In this document: in pieces, positions 1 to 6,686 of the stretch
Layout: each line of letters opens with the position of its first letter
Position numbering within the stretch: position 1 is the stretch's first letter
Source of the DNA: Deinococcaceae bacterium
Lineage (GTDB): Bacteria > Deinococcota > Deinococci > Deinococcales > Trueperaceae
Direction: 5' to 3'
Assembly: GCA_040256005.1 (NCBI GenBank)
Contig: JBDZWC010000104.1
Span: forward strand, 1-10,414
Length of the DNA: 10,414 nucleotides
The notes under the pieces: model-generated
Told to the model about the DNA's origin: nothing
The model's database searches: none
What the model saw: the letters and a program-made list of their open reading frames with translations, nothing else
Program-made: the position numbers and the translations under genes

Positions 1-2
1 AG

Positions 3-449
3 AACTCCGCCCGCTACCCCAACTACGTCTACTTCACCGACCGGCTCGGCTGCTGGTCGTACGTGGGCATGCGCGGCGGGATGCAGCCCATCTCACTGGG
101 GCGGGAGTGCGAGGTGGGCTCGGTCATCCACGAGATCGGCCACGCGGTGGGCCTGTGGCACGAGCAGAGCAGGGAAGACCGCGACCTGTACGTGCGCATC
201 AACTGGGACAACATCCAACCGGGCATGAAGGCCCAGTTCAACCAGCGCATCACCGACGGAGACGACTACGGCCCCTACGACTACGGCTCGATCATGCACT
301 ACCCGTCGTGGGCGTTCAGCCGCAACGGCGAGGACACGATCACGCCCATCGATCCCAACGTGCAGATCGGCCAGCGCGACGGTCTATCACCCGGCGACGT
401 GGCGACAGTGGCCGCGATGTACCCGCGTTGCTCGCGGGGGATGGCCTGA
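3..449 (+). CDS. Astacin-family (peptidase M12A) zinc metalloprotease, 5'-partial (runs off the window edge)
   Basis: Frame is open from position 3 (NSARYPNYVYFTDRLGCWSYVGMRGG...). It carries the astacin motifs GCWSYVG, zinc site HEIGHAVGLWHEQSREDRD (HExxHxxGxxH), Met-turn YDYGSIMHY and IGQRDGLSPGD. Stop TGA at 447-449. Confidence 0.93.
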   Translation, partial: NSARYPNYVYFTDRLGCWSYVGMRGGMQPISLGRECEVGSVIHEIGHAVGLWHEQSREDRDLYVRINWDNIQPGMKAQFNQRITDGDDYGPYDYGSIMHYPSWAFSRNGEDTITPIDPNVQIGQRDGLSPGDVATVAAMYPRCSRGMA

Positions 450-535
450 GAGCGTGGCCGCACCTGGGCTGGCCGGCCGGGCCTGAGGGGCGACGCTCCT
501 GAGACCGGGGCGGCCACCTTGGTTCTTGCGCCCGG

Positions 536-2344
536 CTAACCCTCCAAGGTGAGATGTGCCAGCTCGGCGGCTCCCTCGAGGGTCAGGGAGCGGCCGGCGT
601 CAGACAGTCGGGCGACCACCGCGGCGGGCAGCGAGGCCGCGACCTGGCGCACCGTCTCCACCGGCTTCAGCCACGCCGGCGGCAGGGGAGTACCGAAGCG
701 CTCCCGCCACGCCTCCGCCGCGGCAGCGAGCGTCACGGCCTCCTCGACCCTCGACGAGAGCGCCGCCAGGCCCGCGTAGAGCTCGACGGTCGTGACCAGG
801 CCGAAGCGATCGCCATGCTCCATGCGCGCCACGCGGCAGGCCGCTACGTGGCGCAGCGCTTCTTTCACGTCACCGGCCTCGAACGCGATGAGCGCCAGTG
901 CGGCCAAGCAGTTCGCGACCATCGTCGTGTCGCCGGCGGCGCGTACGACGTCGGTCGCTGCTCGCAGGGCTCGCATGCCGCCCTCCCTGTCGCCGGTGAG
1001 GTACGTCGCCCATGCGAGGTTGTAGCGGGCCAGCCCGTCGAGCTGGGCGTCTTCCAGCGTCCCGAGCTCCGCCAGCGCCGCTCGCAGGTAGGGCAGGGCG
1101 CCGGAGGCGTTGCCGCGCTCGATCTCCACCGCCCCGAGGTTGTTGAGCGCGCTGGCCAGCAGGTCGCGGTCGTCACCGGTGCGCAACGCGTCGATCGCCT
1201 CGGCGAGCTGGAGCGCCGCAGCGTCCCAGGCGCCGCGGCGCATCGCTAGGGAGGCCAGGCTCGTCTTCACCCGCGCGGCCAGCTCGGGATGGCCCGAGGC
1301 GGTCGCTAGCCACAGGGCATCGCGCAGCGCCTCCTCGGCACCGTCCAGGTCCGGGACGAACAGACGGAGGTTGCCGAGGGCGTTGAGCGCCCTGGCGCGC
1401 GTTTCGAGGGTCGTGTGACCTTCCCCGGCGCGGGCCAGCAGCCTCTCCAGGTGAGCGGCGCCCTCGTGAAGCCTGCCCGTAGCGACCCAGCTGCGCGTCA
1501 GCCGACCAGCCAGGCGCAGCCCCGGCTCGACCGAACTCCGCCTCTCGGCCCAAACAAGCGCCGCGGCCGCGTTGTCTAGCTCCTGGTCCAGGCGCGCCAT
1601 GCGTCGCCCAGCGGCGACTTCCTCGGCGAGCCGGGTCATGTACGTAAGCAGGCGCTCCGACACCTCGTCGGCGCCGCCGGGCATTACCGCGAGGCGCTCG
1701 GCCGCCAGGCGCCTGACCATCGGGTGCAGTAGGTACCGGTCACCCCGGCGGACGACGAGCGAGCGGTCGACGAGGTCGGCGAGGGTCGCTACGTGCGCAC
1801 CGGCCACCGCGGCGGCCAGGGCGGCGGTGAAGTTGTCGGCGCAGGCCGAGAGCCGCGCCAGCGCCTGCTGGGCGTGCTCGCCGAGCAGGTCCCAGGTGTA
1901 CCCGAAGGCGGCAGCCACGCTGCTGTGGCGCGCCGTGACACCCGCCCGGGGCGCCAAGCCGGGGTCGGGCGCTGACTCGAGCATCCCGAGTACGTCTTCT
2001 ATAGGTGCGGCGGCGGCCCAGGCCGCGGCTAACTCGACGCCCAACGGCGAATGGTCGACGGCGTAGCAGGCGCGCCGGACCGTCTCTAGCTCGCCTGCGC
2101 CCGGGTCGAAGGCCGGGTCCAGTCGGCGCGCCCTGGCTACGAACATCGCGACAGAGGCCTCGGCGATGCCCGCCAGCCTGACGAGCCGCTCCCCTGCCAC
2201 GCCGAGTCGGCCGTGGGACGTGGCGAGGACCGACAGGCCGGGTGCGGCGGACAGAAGCTCCTCCACGGTCCTCGCGAGCCCCGCGAGGTGCTCGGCGTTG
2301 TCCAGGACCAGAAGGCGCAGGCCGTCGAGCTGCGGCCCCAGCAC
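536..2344 (-). pseudogene. N-terminally truncated STAND (NB-ARC/AfsR-like, COG3903-type) ATPase with winged helix and TPR repeats
   Basis: Contains Walker B LLVLDNAEHL, sensor-like VLATSH, FVARARR, PLGVELAAA, RHSSVAAAFGYTWDLL, LADLVDRSLV and RYLLHPMVR, then TPR helices (ARALNALGNL, ASALNNLGAV, ARYNLAW). The ORF begins only ~10 codons before Walker B. The frame closes upstream at a TGA (plus-strand 2423-2425), and no Walker A or N-terminal DNA-binding domain is present. The 602-codon frame itself is uninterrupted. Confidence 0.75.
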
Positions 2345-2367
2345 CCTCGGCTCGCGATGGAGGGATC

Positions 2368-4116
2368 GTGTTCCGCCTCGAGGGCGGCCGGCCAGTGGTC
2401 GTGAACCCGAGCGTCGATCAGGTCATCGACGAGCCCGAGAACCTCACGGTCGCTTCCGCCGCGGCCGCCCAGCGGCTCACGGGGCTCCCTGAGTCCAACG
2501 GCGGGAGCCCACTGCCGAACCGTGTCGTCGGCGGCGACGGCCCCAAGAGCGCGCTGGTCCTCTCACCCTTCGCCTACGAATCGGGAGAGAACGACAGCGC
2601 CGGCTACGTCGCCGGCCTCCTGAACGCGCACCGCGACTACGAGGGACGCGTCGACTACGAGTACTCGAAGCCGAACTCCAACGAGATCGTCACCATCGAC
2701 GACCTACTGGGCATGGACGAGTACGACGTCGTCTACCTGGTGACGCACGGCGGTCGGTTGTGCGTGAAGGAGAAGACCGCTGAAACGACCGGGCTGGTTA
2801 CGCCCGCCACCCAGGCGGGCGAGGCAGGAGACTGCCGGACCGACTTCCTGCTGCACCGCTACGACGGCGACGCCTTCGACCTGCATGCCCTCGAGCACGT
2901 CGGCACCGTCATCTACTACGGCCGCACGCAGCAGTCGATCGCCGTCACGAGCGACTTCTTCAGGCACTACTACCCCTTCGGGCTCCCCGACACGCTCTTC
3001 GTGCTCGTCTCCTGCAACACGTTCGCACCCGACTTCGCCGCGACGATCGCCGGAGACCACGGCGTCTTCGTGAGCTGGGACGGCAACGTCAGCGTCCAGC
3101 GGGCGTGGGCTTCCGCCGCGTTGATCGAGATCATGCTCGAGAAGGGCATCACCAGCCAGGACGCGCTCCTGGAGCTGGGTGACGACGCCTGGGACTCGCA
3201 CGCCGGCGGCCGCCTACGCACCTCAGGCCATGGCGAGGCCGGCGACCTGCGGATCAGGAACATCCTGCGGGTCGAGGAGGCGCACAGCGGCGACGACCTC
3301 AGGCACGCGGTGGAGACGCAGGTGCTGGGCACCCCTGGCGACGGCGAGCCTGACTCGCTGCTGCTGATCGGCCACATCGACGGCGCCTGGGAGACCGACG
3401 CCGTGCGGTTCAAGGTCATCGCCAACGTGAACGGCCAGGAGCGGTTCACCGAGCGCCTCGAGCAGATCGGCGAGATGGACGATGAGCACAGCTGGACGTT
3501 CCCGATGGAGGTCGAGCTCGGCCGAGACGTGCTTCAGGGCGAGGTGCTCGACGTCGAGGTCGTGGTCATGTTGCCCGAGGGCGGCTTCGTGAGCGTCGTC
3601 GGCTCGCCGCGGGTCGTCGAGCAGGGCCCCGGTGCCGGCTGGTTCGGCAGCTTCGCGTACCGAGCCATGAGCACCGACGGCATCTCCTACCAGATGACGG
3701 CCTCGGCCCTCTTCACGCTGCCTGACGGGGACGACCCTGACTCGAACTACCTCCAGTTCTTCCTCGAGAGCGGCGAGTACACCTTCCTCGCCGAGGGCGA
3801 TGACGGCTTCTCCTGCGCGGTCTACGCCGAGGCGAACGGCTCGCTCGGTCCGTCCTCCGCCTACCTGTGGTTCGACATGACCGGGACTACGCCGGTGGTG
3901 AAGGCCTGGGGCAACAGCGGCACGCCGCCCACCATCGCGAGCGTCAGCTGCCCTGACGGCACCTTCTACCAGCTCGAGTTCTCGACCGACATGCTCTTCC
4001 TTTACATCCCGTCGTCGCTGAACCTAGCCGTATCCGACGACTCGTTCGGCGGTAGTTACACCGAGACCGGCGCCTGGGACCGGACGTGGACATGGTCCTT
4101 CGATAGGCGCGACTGA
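2368..4116 (+). CDS. Uncharacterised acidic protein with a caspase/gingipain-like (clan CD) His-Cys domain and beta-rich C-terminal domains; probably 5'-truncated
   Basis: Strong GC3 codon bias from about 2356 to the TGA at 4114-4116. Motifs KSALVLSPF, YDVVYLVTHGG (His 2746-2748), TLFVLVSCNT (Cys 3013-3015) and VFVSWDGNV. The start is uncertain: GTG 2368 follows GGAGG (2359-2363), while the track start at 2242 lies inside the opposite-strand gene. Confidence 0.7.
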   Translation: MFRLEGGRPVVVNPSVDQVIDEPENLTVASAAAAQRLTGLPESNGGSPLPNRVVGGDGPKSALVLSPFAYESGENDSAGYVAGLLNAHRDYEGRVDYEYSKPNSNEIVTIDDLLGMDEYDVVYLVTHGGRLCVKEKTAETTGLVTPATQAGEAGDCRTDFLLHRYDGDAFDLHALEHVGTVIYYGRTQQSIAVTSDFFRHYYPFGLPDTLFVLVSCNTFAPDFAATIAGDHGVFVSWDGNVSVQRAWASAALIEIMLEKGITSQDALLELGDDAWDSHAGGRLRTSGHGEAGDLRIRNILRVEEAHSGDDLRHAVETQVLGTPGDGEPDSLLLIGHIDGAWETDAVRFKVIANVNGQERFTERLEQIGEMDDEHSWTFPMEVELGRDVLQGEVLDVEVVVMLPEGGFVSVVGSPRVVEQGPGAGWFGSFAYRAMSTDGISYQMTASALFTLPDGDDPDSNYLQFFLESGEYTFLAEGDDGFSCAVYAEANGSLGPSSAYLWFDMTGTTPVVKAWGNSGTPPTIASVSCPDGTFYQLEFSTDMLFLYIPSSLNLAVSDDSFGGSYTETGAWDRTWTWSFDRRD

Positions 4117-4157
4117 GTTTGGCCTTAGCAGGTAATCGGGCCGAGGCGCGTACTTCG

Positions 4158-4187
4158 GGGCCCAGGCGGAACTTTCCGCCCGGGCCC
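4158..4187. terminator. GC-rich stem-loop between convergent genes, possible terminator
   Basis: GGGCCC-A-GGCGGA-actt-TCCGCC-C-GGGCCC (12-bp stem with one mismatch), with further outer pairing of 4139-4146 to 4195-4202. It lies between the stops at 4116 and 4218. There is no U-tract. Confidence 0.5.
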
Positions 4188-4217
4188 ATTCCGTCTTCGG
4201 CCGCGCCTAGAGGAGTC

Positions 4218-5090
4218 TCAGATCAAGAAGGTCGCGGCCTCACCGCGTGCGTGGAGCACGCCTTCCCGCACGGCCAGGGCCTGCTCGACGATCGCCGGCA
4301 CCCCGGTGTAGATGATCAGCGGTCCGGACCGGGTCAGGTCGGGACCGTTCAGCTCGAGGTGCACCTTCCCGCCCGCCTCCGATACCAGCACGCTGCCGGC
4401 GGCGACGTCCCACGGGCGGATGCCGTGTTGGAAGAAGACGTCCACGCGCCCTGAGGCGACCAGCGTCAGGTCGCGGCAGGCCGACCCGCTCACGCGGCAC
4501 CCGGCCGCGCTGCGCTGCAACGCGGCGAAGACGTTCATCGTTACCGGGTCCTTGCCGGCGCTGGTCGTGAAGCCGGTCGTGAGCAGCGACAGCGCGATGT
4601 CCTCGCGCGAGGAGACGCGCAGTCGCTGAGCCTCGCCCTGTCCCGTTGACGGGTCGCGCCAGGCGCCACCGCCCGCCACGGCCCAGTTCACCGCGTCCGT
4701 GACCGAGTCGTAGATGACGCCGAGCACGCTCCTGCCTTCGACCACCAGCCCGATGGAGACGCAGAAGCCCGGGTAGTTGCGCAGGAAGTTGTGCGTCCCG
4801 TCGATGGGGTCTATGACCCACACGGGCTCGCTGGTGTCCACGTCGGCCAGGCCCGACTCCTCGCCCAGCAGCCCGTAGCCCGGGAAGTTGCGGCTCAGGT
4901 CCTCGACGATGCGCTCCTGCACCGCCAGGTCCACCGAGGTGACGAAGTCGCTCGGGCTCGACTTGCTGCCGATCTCCAAGCCCGGATCGCCCCTGAAGTT
5001 GGCGTCCGACTGCTCGCGTGCCCATCTCCCCAGGCGGGCAGCCAGCGGCGCCACGTGGTCTTTGATCTGTCTCAGCTCTTCGGTTCTCAT
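4218..5090 (-). CDS. suhB: Inositol monophosphatase family protein (SuhB-like)
   Basis: Motifs KSSPSDFVTSVD, LLGEE, WVIDPIDGTHNF, RVSGSAC and PWDVAAG. Start placed at ATG 5090 (MRTEELRQ, 290 aa) because the 38 upstream codons are Arg-rich and non-homologous and a -10 box lies 7 nt upstream. Confidence 0.9.
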   Translation of the reverse strand: MRTEELRQIKDHVAPLAARLGRWAREQSDANFRGDPGLEIGSKSSPSDFVTSVDLAVQERIVEDLSRNFPGYGLLGEESGLADVDTSEPVWVIDPIDGTHNFLRNYPGFCVSIGLVVEGRSVLGVIYDSVTDAVNWAVAGGGAWRDPSTGQGEAQRLRVSSREDIALSLLTTGFTTSAGKDPVTMNVFAALQRSAAGCRVSGSACRDLTLVASGRVDVFFQHGIRPWDVAAGSVLVSEAGGKVHLELNGPDLTRSGPLIIYTGVPAIVEQALAVREGVLHARGEAATFLI

Positions 5091-5097
5091 CGGGGTG

Positions 5098-5103
5098 ACT
5101 CTA
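5098..5103 (-). promoter_or_regulatory. -10 element (TAGAGT) of a leaderless promoter for suhB
   Basis: Minus strand reads GG-TAGAGT-CACCCCG-ATG: a TANNNT hexamer 7 nt before the ATG, with no Shine-Dalgarno. Confidence 0.6.
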
Positions 5104-5214
5104 CCGCTGCAGGTGCGCCACTCCCGATGACGCGGAGACCCCTTTGGCCGCCGCGCCCTGCTCGTTGCACGTGCGATCGCCCATGGAGCGCGACGACCCT
5201 TCACGGGTCCGGCC

Positions 5215-6018
5215 TCAGAACGCCTCGAAGAACCCCGTGACCCGGTCTACTTGGACCGGCGCCTTGGCGAAGCGCGTCGCCAGTCCGTGGCGCCAGGCCT
5301 CGAAGCCGCGCGCCGCCTGTTCGCTGGTCAGGATCGCTTCCTCGATGGGCGAGTCCACCATCGAGAGGATGTAGCGGACGTACGGCTCCAGGTCGTTGAC
5401 GACCAGCCGGTCGCGTCGATCGAAGACCCTCACGTCATCGAAGTAGCCCCTCAGGAGCCTCTCGCCGGTGTCGAGGGAGAAGCGGCCGACGTCGTAACTG
5501 CGGACCTCGAGACCGGGCACCGCCCGCGACAACGGTTCCAGGTCGTCGTGAAGCTGCTTCATGTGGTTCTTGCCGTTGGTCGCGGCGTACAGCCGGCCGC
5601 CCGGCTTGATGACGCGTCGTAGCTCCGCGATGGCGGCGTCCACGTCCTCAGCGTGGTAGAGCATGTGGTTCGCGAAGGCCACGTCGAAGGACGCGTCGGC
5701 GAACGGCAGGTCGGCCACCGAGTGGATCCCGAAGCCTGCCTTGACTCCTGCTGCCTCTAGGTTCGCGCGAGCCTCGCTCACCATCCCAGCCGACTGGTCG
5801 GTGAGCGTCAACGTCCAGCCCTTCGGGACTTGCCGGGCGTTGACGACCCAGAAGTAGCCGGAGCCGCAGCCGACCTCGAGCACGTTGGCCGTGGGTGGCG
5901 CCTGGACCTGCCGGAGCATCCAGGCGTGGAACGGCTCCTGGGCAGGGCCGTAGCGCTCGTGGAGTGCGATGCGATCTTTGAGCTTGTCAGCAGTCCCGTA
6001 CTGCTTCGCCAGCGTCAT
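5215..6018 (-). CDS. Class I SAM-dependent methyltransferase (Methyltransf_11-like), substrate unknown
   Basis: Motif I VLEVGCGSG, LTLTDQSAGM, DLPFADASFDVAFANHMLYH and ELRRVIKPGGRL; 267 aa. Confidence 0.92.
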   Translation of the reverse strand: MTLAKQYGTADKLKDRIALHERYGPAQEPFHAWMLRQVQAPPTANVLEVGCGSGYFWVVNARQVPKGWTLTLTDQSAGMVSEARANLEAAGVKAGFGIHSVADLPFADASFDVAFANHMLYHAEDVDAAIAELRRVIKPGGRLYAATNGKNHMKQLHDDLEPLSRAVPGLEVRSYDVGRFSLDTGERLLRGYFDDVRVFDRRDRLVVNDLEPYVRYILSMVDSPIEEAILTSEQAARGFEAWRHGLATRFAKAPVQVDRVTGFFEAF

Positions 6019-6027
6019 GACCAGCAG

Positions 6028-6033
6028 ACTCTA
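6028..6033 (-). promoter_or_regulatory. -10 element (TAGAGT) of a leaderless or near-leaderless promoter for the methyltransferase
   Basis: Minus strand reads GG-TAGAGT-CTGCTGGTC-ATG (9-nt spacer). It shares the GGTAGAGTC 9-mer found upstream of suhB, and there is no Shine-Dalgarno. Confidence 0.5.
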
Positions 6034-6089
6034 CCCACGCATCGTGAGGGCGCGTGAGGGGCGTAGCGGTCCGGTCCTCAGGGTGCGTC

Positions 6090-6189
6090 GGTGCTTGCTC
6101 TTATGGTGGGGCGATGCTCGGTCTAGGCGTGCGACGGTGCTCGTTCTCGGGGCGCCAGGGTGCTCGCACTCGGGGAGAGACGGTGCTCG
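6090..6189. repeat. Degenerate tandem repeat, 23-bp period, core GGTGCTCG
   Basis: Cores at 6090 (GGTGCTTG), 6113 (GATGCTCG), 6136, 6159 and 6182 (GGTGCTCG), exactly 23 bp apart. A more degenerate unit lies at about 6068-6089. Confidence 0.8.
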
Positions 6190-6317
6190 CCTCCCCTTGA
6201 CCTGACCGGCGGGGGCATGCTCTACTCCGCTCCATCGCTCGCGCCGCCGGGTTCTCGCCCGAGTGCGTTGGCGATCCGGGGAAGACCCTGGTGCCACCGG
6301 CCGGGCATGCGGCCGGA

Positions 6318-6437
6318 CTTATCGAGAGCGGCTGAGGGAACTGGCCCTAGGAAGCCGCAGCAACCAGCCTTCATCTAGGCGGGTGCTAACTCCAGCCGGA
6401 GGCGACAGCCACGATGGTGAGCCGCCGGACAGATAAG
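6318..6437 (+). ncRNA. SAM-I (S-box) riboswitch aptamer
   Basis: P1 CTTATC/GATAAG; P2 CGGC-TGAGGG-AACTGG-CCC-TAGGAA-GCCG; P3 GCAACC...GGTGC; J3/4 TAACTCCAG (CCAG can pseudoknot with L2 CTGG); P4 CCGG...CCGG. It lies upstream of methionine biosynthesis genes. Confidence 0.95.
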
Positions 6438-6445
6438 GAGCAGGC

Positions 6446-6493
6446 ATGTCAGGTAGCGGCCTAACCGACCAACGAATGTCACGCGCGGCCTGA
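6446..6493 (+). CDS. Putative 15-aa leader peptide/uORF (MSGSGLTDQRMSRAA)
   Basis: AAGGAG at 6435-6440, 5-nt spacer, ATG at 6446 and TGA at 6491-6493. The SD overlaps the 3' strand of riboswitch P1. Translation is not demonstrated. Confidence 0.5.
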   Translation: MSGSGLTDQRMSRAA

Positions 6494-6686
6494 GCCGACC
6501 GCCCGCCAGCCGCGGGCGTGACCCTCAGGGCCGCAGGTAGTCGCCCCGGCGCGAGCTGGCGCCAGGGCGGGGTGGCGCGCTATCGCGCCTACCCGGCACA
6601 CGCATCCGCATACCCGAGACACCGTCGGCAGCACCGCTGCCTTGAGCAGGCCGCCCACGAACCGGCCGCACGACAGGAGAACCCGC

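Noticed and set aside
2242..2367. ORF-track N-terminus of the 624-aa protein
   Set aside because: It is mostly antisense to the conserved Walker B region of the STAND gene and translates as Arg/Pro-rich shadow sequence.
2345..2800. Frameshifted continuation of the STAND gene containing Walker A
   Set aside because: I found no GxxGxGK[T/S] on the minus strand here, and the region has clear plus-strand codon bias.
5091..5204. 38-aa N-terminal extension of the inositol monophosphatase
   Set aside because: It does not resemble the family, and a -10 box sits directly before ATG 5090.
6090..6189. Mini-CRISPR reading of the 23-bp array
   Set aside because: The 8-bp core and 15-bp gaps are far too short, and the gaps share residual similarity.
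6197..6226. Sigma70 promoter TTGACC-N18-TCTACT for the riboswitch transcript
   Set aside because: The -35 is good and a TG extension is present, but the -10 lacks the critical A at position 2, so it is not supportable from sequence alone.
6642..6686. TTG start for metY at 6642
   Set aside because: ATG 6687 has a proper AGGAG SD and matches the family N-terminus ([11 protein letters not shown]).
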